The position numbers and the translations under genes were made by a program. A DNA stretch of 64,000 nucleotides from a candidate division Hyd24-12 bacterium UBA6080 (GTDB lineage: Bacteria; Fermentibacterota; Fermentibacteria; Fermentibacterales; JCC-6), in assembly GCA_002436025.1 (NCBI GenBank), contig DIXM01000002.1, forward strand, positions 727,164 through 791,163, read 5' to 3'. This document shows positions 9,545 through 19,529 of this stretch, piece after piece. A model generated the notes under the pieces. It was not told the origin of the DNA. It made no database searches and was given only the letters and a program-made list of their open reading frames with translations. Positions within the stretch are counted from its first letter, which is position 1. Every line of letters begins with the position of its first letter.

Positions 9545-10360
9545 ATGATCGATTTCTTCCTGCAGAGCGGGCCTGTCGTTCAGGCACTTGTGGCCACCCT
9601 GTTCACCTGGGGAGTTACGGCCCTGGGCGCCGGGCTTGTTTTCTTCACCCGAACGGTCAGGGCAAGGGTCCTTGATTCGATGCTGGGGTTTGCCGCAGGC
9701 GTAATGATAGCCGCCAGTTTCTGGTCATTGCTGGCGCCCGGCATTGAAATGGCCGAACAGATGGGGCAAACGGCCTGGCTCACGGCCGTGATCGGATTCA
9801 TGGCGGGCGGGCTTTTCATGAGGCTCAGCGACCGTATCCTTCCGCACCTTCACCCGGGTATGGGAATGGAGAGCAGCGAGGGCATAAAGACGTCATGGCG
9901 GAGAAGCACGCTGCTGGTGCTGGCGATAACGCTGCACAACATCCCCGAGGGGCTTGCCGTGGGCGTTGCCTTTGGCGCGGTTTCGGCCGGTCTTCCATCA
10001 GCCACGCTGGGTGGGGCGATTGCGCTGGCCATCGGAATAGGCCTTCAGAACTTTCCCGAGGGGGCTGCCGTGTCACTGCCGCTACGGCGGGATGGGATGG
10101 GAAGGGGCAAAAGCTTCCTGGCGGGGCAGGCATCCGGTATCGTGGAACCGGTGGCGGGCGTTTGCGGCGCCGCATTCGTCCTTCACATGCAGGAGATACT
10201 GCCCTACGCACTGTGCTTTGCCGCGGGAGCAATGATCTTCGTTGTCGTGGAGGAACTCATCCCTGAATCCCAGCGTACACCGGCGAACATTGACATGGTT
10301 ACGATTACCACACTGGCCGGTTTTGCCGTGATGATGATGCTGGATGTGGCGCTGGGATGA
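9545..10360 (+). CDS. zupT: ZIP family metal (zinc) transporter
   Basis: [13 protein letters not shown] and QNFPEGAAV motifs, 8 TM helices, ~270 aa. Confidence 0.8.
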   Translation: MIDFFLQSGPVVQALVATLFTWGVTALGAGLVFFTRTVRARVLDSMLGFAAGVMIAASFWSLLAPGIEMAEQMGQTAWLTAVIGFMAGGLFMRLSDRILPHLHPGMGMESSEGIKTSWRRSTLLVLAITLHNIPEGLAVGVAFGAVSAGLPSATLGGAIALAIGIGLQNFPEGAAVSLPLRRDGMGRGKSFLAGQASGIVEPVAGVCGAAFVLHMQEILPYALCFAAGAMIFVVVEELIPESQRTPANIDMVTITTLAGFAVMMMLDVALG

Positions 10361-10585
10361 TGGCGGTGCTGTCGATTCGAAGTGACGCCCGGTAAGCCTC
10401 TCTAACCCGAGTAAGACGGTTTTTCGCGCATTGCCCCTGGTTGTCCGGGAAGAATGCATGCCTGGCGTTATGAAATTCCTAACAATCAAGTCATTCAAGC
10501 GCCTCTGTTTTTTCAGGAGTTGACTAAGAGCTTACAATTGTTTATCATTGTTTCTATAGTAAATATAAAATGAAGGAATGACAAA

Positions 10586-12058
10586 CTGAATATTCTACTC
10601 ATTTATCCTGTGTTTGCAGACACATTCTGGGGCCTTAAGCACGCGCTCAAGTTCGTTCACAAGAAGACCGGAACGCCCCCGCTGGGGCTGATAACCGTTG
10701 CCGCCATGCTTCCTGCGGACTGGAATCTCAGGCTTCTTGACCTGAACGTAACCGTTCTTTCCGATGATGACATCGTCTGGGCCGATTTCGCCTTCGTGAG
10801 CGCAATGGTCATCCAGCGGGACGACACCCACCGCGTGATCGACCGGTGCAAGGCTGCCGGGCTTACCGTGGTGGCCGGAGGCCCCCTTTTCACCGGAGAG
10901 CACCCGACATTTCCCGGAGTGGACCACTTCGTGCTGAACGAGGCGGAGATAACACTGCCCCTGTTCCTCGAAGACCTGGCGCGCGGGAACCCCCAACCAA
11001 TCTATACCACAACGCAGTTCCCCGACATTCAGAAAACCCCTGCGCCCCGATGGGATCTGGTGGACATGAAGCACTACGCGACCATGAACATCCAGTTTTC
11101 CAGGGGGTGCCCGTTCAACTGCGAATTCTGCAGCATTACCTCAATGTTCGGGAGGGTTCCCAGAACAAAGACATCGGACCAGCTCATTACCGAGCTTGAC
11201 ATCCTGTACGGCCTTGGATGGCGGGGGGCGGTTTTCGTGGTGGATGACAATTTCATAGGCAACGCCCGAGAGCTGAAGGAAGATGTTCTGCCCGCGTTGA
11301 TCCGCTGGCGTCGTGATAAAAGGGGAATACCCTTCAACACCGAAGTCTCCATCAACCTCTCCGATGATGACCTGCTTATGGGGCTCATGGTCGAAGCCGG
11401 CTTCAACACCGTGTTCGTGGGGATCGAAACCCCCAGTGAGGATGGTCTCGCCGAGTGCAGCAAGAACCAGAACCGTGGACGCGACCTTCTTGCGAGCGTG
11501 AAACGGCTGCAGAGGGCGGGGTTGGAAGTACAGGGTGGTTTCATCCTGGGATTTGACACCGACACGCCGAGCATCTTTCAGCAGCAGATAGACTTCATCG
11601 CCCACAGCGGTGTTGTCACCGCCATGGTCGGCCTGCTCCAGGCACCCTACGGGACCAAGCTTTATCGAAGGATGGAGAAGGAGGGAAGGCTCAACACCGA
11701 GATGTCGGGAGACAACTCCGACGGCTCGACGAACATCGTCACTCTGATGGATCCCGGCGTTCTTCACGAGGGCTACAGGCATGTGCTGACGCATATCTAC
11801 TCGCCCAGGGTCTATTACGACAGGGTGATAAGCTTTCTTCGGGAATTGCAGCCACCAAAAGTCGGGGTTCGAAGGGACCGTTCCAACATGATGGCGTTCT
11901 TCAGGTCAATTCTCAGGCTGGGCATCATCGGACCCGAGAGGTTTCAGTACTGGCGGCTCTGGTTCTGGACCCTCACCCACAAGCCCAGGCTCTTTCCCCA
12001 GGCAATCTCACTGGCTATCTACGGCCATCACTTCCGGATCGTGAGCGAGTCTTCGTAA
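10586..12058 (+). CDS. B12-binding domain radical SAM protein with DUF4070-like C-terminus
   Basis: FSRGCPFNCEFCS radical-SAM motif; N-terminal B12-binding-like region. The ORF track starts at GTG 10610, but the conserved family N-terminus (NILLIYPVF) lies upstream in frame after TGA 10571; a probable non-ATG (CTG 10586) start. Confidence 0.7.
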   Translation: MNILLIYPVFADTFWGLKHALKFVHKKTGTPPLGLITVAAMLPADWNLRLLDLNVTVLSDDDIVWADFAFVSAMVIQRDDTHRVIDRCKAAGLTVVAGGPLFTGEHPTFPGVDHFVLNEAEITLPLFLEDLARGNPQPIYTTTQFPDIQKTPAPRWDLVDMKHYATMNIQFSRGCPFNCEFCSITSMFGRVPRTKTSDQLITELDILYGLGWRGAVFVVDDNFIGNARELKEDVLPALIRWRRDKRGIPFNTEVSINLSDDDLLMGLMVEAGFNTVFVGIETPSEDGLAECSKNQNRGRDLLASVKRLQRAGLEVQGGFILGFDTDTPSIFQQQIDFIAHSGVVTAMVGLLQAPYGTKLYRRMEKEGRLNTEMSGDNSDGSTNIVTLMDPGVLHEGYRHVLTHIYSPRVYYDRVISFLRELQPPKVGVRRDRSNMMAFFRSILRLGIIGPERFQYWRLWFWTLTHKPRLFPQAISLAIYGHHFRIVSESS

Positions 12059-12249
12059 GACGCCTTCGCCAAAAAACACTGAGATGGTCATGCCCGGGTC
12101 TTACGCAAAGGCCTCGTGGCTGGATCGGTCAGGATTTCCACGGTCACAATGAGTCTGACAGTCCTTGATACCACTTACATGCCCGGGATGACACCTGACT
12201 GGAAACCCCTCATCGACCGTGATTACATAAACGTTATCTGACGTTCACA

Positions 12250-15200
12250 TCATTCATCGCCGGAGTGCTCTAGCGGGGGATCTGAAAGGGCTGCCCTTAC
12301 CGCCCTGGCAAGAACATCGATGGGAAAGGGCTTCTGAAGGAAGTGGATGCCGGGGTCAATTATGCCCCGGTGAAGAATGGCGTCGGCGGTGTATCCTGAC
12401 ATGTAAAGCAACCTCAGACCGGGTCTGATGGCTTCGAGTGCGCTGCAAAGCTCACTGCCGTTCATGCCCGGCATCACGACATCGGTCATGACCAGGTGTA
12501 TCTCACCCTCATGGTCCCGGAACAGACCGATGGCTTCCTCAGGTGCTCCGGCTGAGATCACGGAATAACCAAGGCTTTCCAGCATTGAGGCGCCCAGAGA
12601 CAGAAGCGAAGGCTCGTCCTCAACAAGGAGGATGGTCTCGGTTCCGGTGAGGTTTTCGGGTGCTCGCACGGTTGGAGGCTCAGTGATCCTTTCTCCGAAA
12701 AAACCGGGCAGGAAGATGCTGATGGTGGTTCCGTGTCCCGGTTCGGTGTACAACTGGATGAAACCGTTGTTCTGTTTGACGATCCCGTACACGGTGGACA
12801 ACCCCAGACCGGTGCCCTTGCCGAGTTCCTTCGTGGTGAAGAAGGGTTCGAAGACCTGGCTCGCCGTTTCGGCATTCATGCCATGGCCGTCGTCGGTCAC
12901 CGTCAGCACCGTGAACTTTCCGGGCACGAAACCCCTGTGGGTCAAACAGTAGTTCTCGTCGACCTCCTGACGGGTGGTTTCCACAGTAACCTTTCCCTTC
13001 TCCCTTATGGCGTCACGGGAGTTTATCAGCAGGTTGATAAGGATCTGGCTGAGCTGGGTGGGGTCGAGGTTAACCGGCCATGGATCTGCACACGGCAGCC
13101 AGAGCAGGTCGATGTCTTCCCCCAGAAGCCGCTGGAGCATTCTCATCATGTCGACCACCGCTGCGTTCAAGTCCAGTACCCGTGGGCTTATGCTTTGCTT
13201 TCTGGCGAATGCCAACAGCTGAGAGACAAGCTCAACCGAGCGCCCTCCAGCCCTTCTGATCTCCTCAAGGTGGTGTTGCAGCGCTTCGGTAACAGAGGGC
13301 TCGGCCATTGCCATTTCAATGTTCCCCATGATTATGCTGAGCATGTTGTTGAAGTCGTGAGCTATGCCTCCCGCAAGCCGACCCACCGCCTCAAGCTTCT
13401 GTATCTGGTTGATCTGGGTCTCCATCTCGAGCCGCTTGGTTTCGGCCTTTGCCTGTTCGGTGATGTCGACCGCCATCTCGAAGCGGACCTGCCTTCCGTC
13501 GGGCCATTGGATCAGCCTGTCCACGATGTGGAAGGTCCTCCCGATACTGGGGTTCTCAAAATCCCACCCGTACGGCTGGCCGGCCAGGGTCCTCAGGATG
13601 CTGTTGGTGCAGAAGGGGCACGGCTCTTCCCTGTCCTGAAGCACCCTGTAGCAGGTCTTGCCGGTAAGGGTGGTTCTGAACAGGTCCTGTATCGCCCTGT
13701 TCGCGAAGAGGATCTCGTACGTGTCCATGTCCGCGATATAGATGGCCTGGTCGATGCTGTCGAAGATCGACATGAGCTGGGCATGTTCGCGGTGCACGGC
13801 TTCCGCCGCCCTCCTGCGCTCGGAGATGTCGCGGGTGGTTGCGAGGATGCCGTTCGGTTTTCCGTTCCCATCCCGCATGAATGAAAGCCCTGATTCAACC
13901 CATCTGATCTCCCCGGACTTTGTGACCAGCTTAAGCTCCAGATTTCTCGCCCTGTCGGATCTGGCCGTGCCGGCCTTTTCAAATTCAAGTTCTTCGGCCA
14001 CTGCTTGTCGCATGTATCTGAAGGATTCAGGGTCAAGAAGCTTCTGCATGGGTGTTTCGTAGGCTTCGTGCAGCGAGTATCCGGTGAGGTTTGTGACGGA
14101 AGGGCTCACGTATGATGCCACCAGGTCAAGGTCCATCAGTGAGATAACATCGGCCATGTTCTCCGCTATCAGCCTGTATCGGGTTTCGCTGTTGGCGAGT
14201 TCGGCGGTGCGTGCTCTCACCTCCTGTTCAAGCGTGGTTTCCCTTCGGATCCGGGAGATAACAAGGGCACAGAGCAGGGCTGTTATCGCTGAACCGACCC
14301 CAAGGGTAAGAAGGAAGACCCCTCCCGCCGTTCCCGCAGCGAAGTCGGGGCCGGGGCGAAGAACCAGCGCAAAAGTCTCTCCAAAGGCAAAGACAGGGTG
14401 GACTGAAAAGATTTCCGACTGGATCTCGGAGGTGAAGCTGGCATCGGAATGTTCAATGTGTGCATCGGAACTGGAGAATGCCAGCAACTCGGGTGGACTG
14501 CTGACCGAAAGCCTGTACAGGTGCACCGTGCATAAAAATGCTCCAAGTGTTCCGTAGGTTTCGGGTGGTGAGAGAAGCCTGTCGAGGTCAAGGATCATCG
14601 CGGCGAAGCCCCGGCTGTCCGCACTGTTCCGGGTGTGCTGGAAGACAACCGCCCCCGTCCCACCGCCCTCCAGCGTGAACGGCTCGGTCATTGTCGTGAG
14701 CCCGGTGCTCATTGCTCTGTTCATGGCCTCGTGCATCGCTGGGTTCAGTCCCAGGTTCTCGCCTTCGGAGAAACAGCGCGGTACGTTTACGGTCTGCCTT
14801 TCCACGATGAACATGGTGTCGGTCGAAGCTGAATGTGATGAGACCGCATCGGATCCGGAGGTAACCATGGAGACCCAGGCCAGAGCGATCACTCCCGGTC
14901 TGTCCGTGAGGGATTCGGTGAAATGCTGGAACTCCTGATCCAAAACCTGTTCAGAATTCTGGTATAGCCCTGCCAGCGAACCAAGGACCGAGTTTTTCAG
15001 GTGAGTGAGATTGTTCCTCGTCCAATCCGCGTGGGACCGCGCTATTCGATTGAACTCGAGCCTTTCACCGGTTCTGGTTTCACTCTCAAGGGTGAAGCCG
15101 ACGAGAAGGGTGAGGGTTACCCCCAGTAATCCCACGAGGATCACTTCCGTGTGGCGCAGCAGACCCCAGCGGGCTTCAGGAAGGCTTTTCCTGCGATTCA

Positions 15201-15840
15201 TGGCAACCCGCCCCAGAACGATGAGGAGCGCCGGGATGAGCGAAAGGAGCAGGGCTTCCAGCCTGGCACGGGACGTCGCCTTGAGCCAGAGAACGGCTTC
15301 CTCATCGAGCCCCACTACCATCAGCACACTCCCCGTAGCCGGGTCGAAGACAGGGGCGGAGGCCGAAACGAAGGTTCCGAATTCGTCGGTGTAGGGACCC
15401 AGGGTGAATGCCTCGCCCGTGCTGAAGATCTCGAAATCCCTCTCGGGGGGGTTCTCGTAGACCTGGCCAGGCAATCCCTCGCCCAGGGGTTCATCCGATT
15501 CATAGGATTCAGGACCGAACAGCAGCGAACCGTCCCGCAGGGCCATGGTCCATATGCCCCTGAAGTCGGAAACGCTCTGGTAGGCCTTTATCTGGGAATC
15601 GAGCCTCTTGAACTGCGCAAGACCCGTATCTGAAGGCGCAAAGGCAAGGGAAGAGACCAGGTGGGGATTGATGCTTCGGGAGAGGGAAAGGGCTTCATCG
15701 AGCATCTCGGATCGCATGGCACTGTCTGTGCTGTGTCCCCGCCAGCTGACGGCAAGGAACACTGCTGCGATGTAGAGCAGCAGAAGCAGAAGGTTGCCCG
15801 CAATCCCGATCCCAGGGAAACGCCCGAGCCAGTTCTTCAT
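12250..15840 (-). CDS. Hybrid sensor histidine kinase/response regulator (periplasmic sensor, PAS domains, HisKA, HATPase_c, C-terminal REC)
   Basis: H-box GIAHDFNNMLSIIMGN, G-box TGLGLS, receiver ILLVEDEPSLL...VMTDVVMPGMNG. Start chosen at MKNWLG (GGGGGAT RBS); the ORF could extend to 15909. Confidence 0.85.
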   Translation of the reverse strand: MKNWLGRFPGIGIAGNLLLLLLYIAAVFLAVSWRGHSTDSAMRSEMLDEALSLSRSINPHLVSSLAFAPSDTGLAQFKRLDSQIKAYQSVSDFRGIWTMALRDGSLLFGPESYESDEPLGEGLPGQVYENPPERDFEIFSTGEAFTLGPYTDEFGTFVSASAPVFDPATGSVLMVVGLDEEAVLWLKATSRARLEALLLSLIPALLIVLGRVAMNRRKSLPEARWGLLRHTEVILVGLLGVTLTLLVGFTLESETRTGERLEFNRIARSHADWTRNNLTHLKNSVLGSLAGLYQNSEQVLDQEFQHFTESLTDRPGVIALAWVSMVTSGSDAVSSHSASTDTMFIVERQTVNVPRCFSEGENLGLNPAMHEAMNRAMSTGLTTMTEPFTLEGGGTGAVVFQHTRNSADSRGFAAMILDLDRLLSPPETYGTLGAFLCTVHLYRLSVSSPPELLAFSSSDAHIEHSDASFTSEIQSEIFSVHPVFAFGETFALVLRPGPDFAAGTAGGVFLLTLGVGSAITALLCALVISRIRRETTLEQEVRARTAELANSETRYRLIAENMADVISLMDLDLVASYVSPSVTNLTGYSLHEAYETPMQKLLDPESFRYMRQAVAEELEFEKAGTARSDRARNLELKLVTKSGEIRWVESGLSFMRDGNGKPNGILATTRDISERRRAAEAVHREHAQLMSIFDSIDQAIYIADMDTYEILFANRAIQDLFRTTLTGKTCYRVLQDREEPCPFCTNSILRTLAGQPYGWDFENPSIGRTFHIVDRLIQWPDGRQVRFEMAVDITEQAKAETKRLEMETQINQIQKLEAVGRLAGGIAHDFNNMLSIIMGNIEMAMAEPSVTEALQHHLEEIRRAGGRSVELVSQLLAFARKQSISPRVLDLNAAVVDMMRMLQRLLGEDIDLLWLPCADPWPVNLDPTQLSQILINLLINSRDAIREKGKVTVETTRQEVDENYCLTHRGFVPGKFTVLTVTDDGHGMNAETASQVFEPFFTTKELGKGTGLGLSTVYGIVKQNNGFIQLYTEPGHGTTISIFLPGFFGERITEPPTVRAPENLTGTETILLVEDEPSLLSLGASMLESLGYSVISAGAPEEAIGLFRDHEGEIHLVMTDVVMPGMNGSELCSALEAIRPGLRLLYMSGYTADAILHRGIIDPGIHFLQKPFPIDVLARAVRAALSDPPLEHSGDE

Positions 15841-15925
15841 ATCCCCCTGCCCCGATGTGAAGGCTTTGTGATGCGTCACATTCATAAAGCTTCGCGGAGG
15901 GGGATGCAAGAAGACCCTTTTAGGA

Positions 15926-17089
15926 TCAGTTCTCCAGTCTCAGTTCCACCCTGTTGCCAGTTGCTCCTGTGATCGTGAACCCGCCGATCCCCGAAAGGCT
16001 TTCGATGACCTCGGTCGAAGTTGTTTCGGAAACAACCTCGAGCGTGGCCCTTGATCCTGTGAAGTCCCTGACGAGAACATCGGAAACGCCCCTGATCCCG
16101 GACCTGATGCGCGCCTTGAGGTCTTCGATTGCCTGGAAGTCCGCGTTGGTCACATTCAGCATCGTGGAGTTGACGTTCACGGTCCATCCTTCAAGAATGG
16201 CCGTGATGAGCTGGTCGGCTGTATTCCCGGATGCCTGTGAACGTGCCTGGCTCTCACTGAAAGGCAATTCGGTCGTTGAGGCCGAAGCGGCCAGGATGGC
16301 GGCCGTACGGGTGTCGACCGCCCTGCAGTCCACATCGAATACATGAACATCACGCGGGGCACCTGCGATGACTCGGCTCTCTCGGCTTCTTGCAACCGTT
16401 CCCGAGACTATTATCTCAGCACCCGCTTCCAGCCCCACCAGGGCCGCGGTGCGGTCATCACCCTCGAGGATCAGCAACAGCTGGTCCCGCCGGATGATGT
16501 TCGCGGTTGTCGAGGCATCCACAACCGGAAAACCCTTCCTTCTGAAACCCTCGAGCAGCTGTGTTTCGAACATGGAACCCATGTCGTCGGGAGCGTCCAG
16601 GCTTACGGCGGAGTGGTTCGCAATCTCCCTCACAAGGACCATGACCCGGGGCCTGCCCTGCTCGGTCATCAGTATCCCTGTGGCCGCCAGGTCGTCCTCG
16701 ATCCCGTCGGTGTTCACCACTGCCCGAACGACCACACGGTAGAGGCCTGCCGACTGCTCCTCGTGTATCACCCGGTAACTTGAGACGAAACCACTGGCCC
16801 GGCTGTATATCCTGTCCGATATCAGCTGGAAGTTCTCGACCTGGGTCTCTCCATCGATGTATGCACCCACGCCCTGTTCAACAGCCTTCCTCAGTGCGTC
16901 GGAAATTGCCTGATCACGGGCTGAGTCAACCCTGCCCGTAACGACGGAGACGCCTTCGCAGAGCACCTCGGTTTCACCCTGTCCGGGCGGCGTTCCGGGA
17001 TCGGGCAGGGGAGTTCCGAATGTGGCAGACCGTGTTCCACAACCCGTTCCCATGACGAGCAGGAGAAAGATCAGGCTGAGCCGCTTCAC
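15926..17089 (-). CDS. Lipoprotein with LPP20/FlgP-like N-terminal domain (third gene of lipoprotein operon)
   Basis: MKRLSLIFLLLVMGTGC lipobox. Segment ISDALRKAVEQGVGAYIDGETQVENF... resembles the LPP20 family. Start overlaps upstream gene stop by 4 nt. Confidence 0.5.
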   Translation of the reverse strand: MKRLSLIFLLLVMGTGCGTRSATFGTPLPDPGTPPGQGETEVLCEGVSVVTGRVDSARDQAISDALRKAVEQGVGAYIDGETQVENFQLISDRIYSRASGFVSSYRVIHEEQSAGLYRVVVRAVVNTDGIEDDLAATGILMTEQGRPRVMVLVREIANHSAVSLDAPDDMGSMFETQLLEGFRRKGFPVVDASTTANIIRRDQLLLILEGDDRTAALVGLEAGAEIIVSGTVARSRESRVIAGAPRDVHVFDVDCRAVDTRTAAILAASASTTELPFSESQARSQASGNTADQLITAILEGWTVNVNSTMLNVTNADFQAIEDLKARIRSGIRGVSDVLVRDFTGSRATLEVVSETTSTEVIESLSGIGGFTITGATGNRVELRLEN

Positions 17090-18045
17090 AGGATCACCCT
17101 CATGAGGAACCGTCCCGCTCTCAGAAGGTAGGGCAGGGCCTGCTTAAGGATGTTCCCTCCGCCGGCATCGGCAACGGAGATGACTATATCGCTTCCGTAC
17201 TCACCGAGCGCATCGATCGCGCTCAGTACAAGTGGTGAGCCGGACAGACCGCTCTGGTCGAGAATGCCCTGAAGGTCGGAGATGAACCGCAGCCCGGCGT
17301 CTGCGCCGGAACCGAGGTATGACGCGTACAGGCTGGTGTCCAGCAGAAGGTTGCCGTGCTCATCGAAGATACGGGGGAACATCGAGGGTGTAAGCCCTGT
17401 CGCTCCGCCGTCGATCACGAGACCGGAGTACTGGGAGAGGAAATCCCTCACCTGGGGGGAAAGGGGCTCCTGCGAAGCGCGTGAGTCGGCAAGAGCTGCG
17501 CCAAGAGCGCCGGAGAGTCCCGTCGGGCTGTAGATGTCCATCTCGAGCTCGACCTCGACTGTTCCGGCCTCGGCGTCGTACCTGGCCTGCCCCACCTGAC
17601 GGGCATTCCGCACAACACCTTGAACCCGTGTGTGGATAACGTCGTAGTCGGTCATGAAGTTCTCGACCCTGGTTTCCGAATCCACCCTGACACCTTCCAC
17701 TGTTTCCAGCAGATTGCGCTGGGCAACCACCACGGCGGCCCTTTCCGCCATCAGTCTCGCCTGGGCGGTATTGGGGTTCCCGGGATCAAGAACCCCTGTG
17801 CCGGTTGCTCTTACAGAGTTTCCCGACCAGTCCACCTCTCCCACGGGGAAGGCCTCGACCACTTCACGGGGCGCAACCGCCGCCGGCGGGGGGCCGGAAA
17901 AAAGGACCTCCTCGATGAGCGCGGCCGCCGATTCAGATGAACCGGGAGAGACGGCTGCGGTTCCACTCGCCCCTGACAGGGATGTTGAAGTTCCGCAGGC
18001 GGATGCAAGAATGGCTGCAAAAACCGCGATGGCGCGTGTCCTCAT
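17086..18045 (-). CDS. LPP20/FlgP-family lipoprotein
   Basis: AILASAC lipobox; MAERAAVVVAQRNLLETVEGVRVDSETRVENF matches the LPP20 lipoprotein pattern; 4-nt overlaps with both neighbours. Confidence 0.5.
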   Translation of the reverse strand: MRTRAIAVFAAILASACGTSTSLSGASGTAAVSPGSSESAAALIEEVLFSGPPPAAVAPREVVEAFPVGEVDWSGNSVRATGTGVLDPGNPNTAQARLMAERAAVVVAQRNLLETVEGVRVDSETRVENFMTDYDVIHTRVQGVVRNARQVGQARYDAEAGTVEVELEMDIYSPTGLSGALGAALADSRASQEPLSPQVRDFLSQYSGLVIDGGATGLTPSMFPRIFDEHGNLLLDTSLYASYLGSGADAGLRFISDLQGILDQSGLSGSPLVLSAIDALGEYGSDIVISVADAGGGNILKQALPYLLRAGRFLMRVIL

Positions 18046-18614
18046 TGAATTCTCCCCTGGTTGCCGATACCCGTAAGAGCCATTTCAAGGGCGGATCTGA
18101 GGGCGCCTTCGGCGCCGTCGAAGTCTGAACCCTGCCCCACTGCTGTGTAGAGGATCTCAGATGTTTCAACTGAAATGATCTTGAGATGCAGTTCCGCGTC
18201 CCGCTGTTCCGGTGTGTCCGACCAGAACTCGTCGTGGGATACTGAGGTTATGCTGACCATCATCACGGCCTCGGCGCCGAGGAGGCGACCCAGTTGAACT
18301 GCGGTTGCCTGATCAACAACCCCGGAGTAGGAGAACTCCTGCTCCCGGAGTATCTGGTCAACAGCTGACCGGTCCACAACCGTAAAGCGCCCCGTTCTCA
18401 GCAGAGCCATCCCGGCGTAGTCCTGGATACTCTGGCCCTGACTGAGGCCTGGAACTGATCCCGTCGGAGGGAGGACCGCGGTGCGCCAGACCGGTTTTGT
18501 TTCGAACAGGGGGCTTTTTGCGTAGTTGGATGGCATCCCGAGCTGGGAGGAACTGATGCATCCGGCAGTTAACAGCGCGACTATCGTCATCGCTGCAGGC
18601 AGGTACCTTTTCAA
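18042..18614 (-). CDS. CsgG/TolB-N-like small lipoprotein (first gene of operon)
   Basis: LLTAGC lipobox; GRFTVVDRSAVDQILREQEFSYSGVVDQATAVQLGRLLGAEAVMMVSI is typical of the CsgG / LpoB / FlgO-like fold. Confidence 0.5.
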   Translation of the reverse strand: MKRYLPAAMTIVALLTAGCISSSQLGMPSNYAKSPLFETKPVWRTAVLPPTGSVPGLSQGQSIQDYAGMALLRTGRFTVVDRSAVDQILREQEFSYSGVVDQATAVQLGRLLGAEAVMMVSITSVSHDEFWSDTPEQRDAELHLKIISVETSEILYTAVGQGSDFDGAEGALRSALEMALTGIGNQGRIQ

Positions 18615-18767
18615 GAAAACTCCCTTCTGAAAGTGCTGTACCGACAGATCAGATGAAGATATACAAGCAGAAGCCGCTTTTGTTCCTTGCCTTCTGCTTC
18701 GGGTATTGCGGTGACCGTGGATCCTTCGGTATTCTTGCTAGTCGCGCCAATGGAAAGGGATCATCGA

Positions 18768-19529
18768 ATGCTTAAAGTGGTTTTCATAACCCAGGAGGAT
18801 CCGATCTACATCTCCGTGTTCTGGGAGGAATTCACGAAACACATGGACGAACTCAGGCACAACGGTGTATCAGTGAACGCCCTTGTTTCCCTTGTGCCCC
18901 TGGGCAGGGATTCAACGTTCGCCCTTCTTAAACGGATCTTCGGTTTCTACGGACCCGGAGGGACGGTGAGGGTTTTCTGGAAGTACGTCAGATCCATACT
19001 CAGCAGACGGACCACCAGAAGGTTTGCCGACAGGATCGGCGCCCGGTTCCTTTACGTCGAGAACATCCATTCGAAGGAGTTCCTGAAGTTCGCTGGTGAA
19101 CAGGATGTGGTGATCTCGGTCGCGGCTTCCCGGATCTTCCGGGAGAAGCTGCTGTCGGCCCCGGCGTACGGCTGCATAAACATCCACAGCAGCCTCTTGC
19201 CCAAGTATCAGGGCATGATGCCGGTGTACTGGCAGATGAGGGACGGATGCGAGAACATCGGGATAACTATTCACAAGATGATAGAGAAACTCGATTCGGG
19301 AGACATTCTGCTGCAGCGTTCGGTTTCGATAAAAGACTGTAAAAGCCTGGACAGGGCCATCTCCAAGACCAAGCGCGAAGGCGCGAAGATGATGGTCGAT
19401 TTCCTTCTCGATTTCGAGCGCCACTTCAGAAACCCCGTGGAATGTGACGTCAGTGAGGCTACCTACTTCTCCTTTCCGGACAGGGCATCAACCGGGCAGT
19501 TCCTCGCGACGGGAAAGAAGCTCTTCTGA
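18768..19529 (+). CDS. Formyl transferase family protein (Fmt/PurN/ArnA-FT-like)
   Basis: INIHSSLLPKYQGMMPVYWQMRDGCENIGITIHKMIEKLDSGDILLQ formyltransferase catalytic motif; start at MLKVVFITQEDP. Confidence 0.7.
   Translation: MLKVVFITQEDPIYISVFWEEFTKHMDELRHNGVSVNALVSLVPLGRDSTFALLKRIFGFYGPGGTVRVFWKYVRSILSRRTTRRFADRIGARFLYVENIHSKEFLKFAGEQDVVISVAASRIFREKLLSAPAYGCINIHSSLLPKYQGMMPVYWQMRDGCENIGITIHKMIEKLDSGDILLQRSVSIKDCKSLDRAISKTKREGAKMMVDFLLDFERHFRNPVECDVSEATYFSFPDRASTGQFLATGKKLF

Noticed and set aside
12733-13884. 383-aa plus-strand ORF inside the histidine kinase gene
   Set aside because: Antisense to the hybrid sensor kinase, which has clear HisKA/HATPase/REC motifs; no domain signal.
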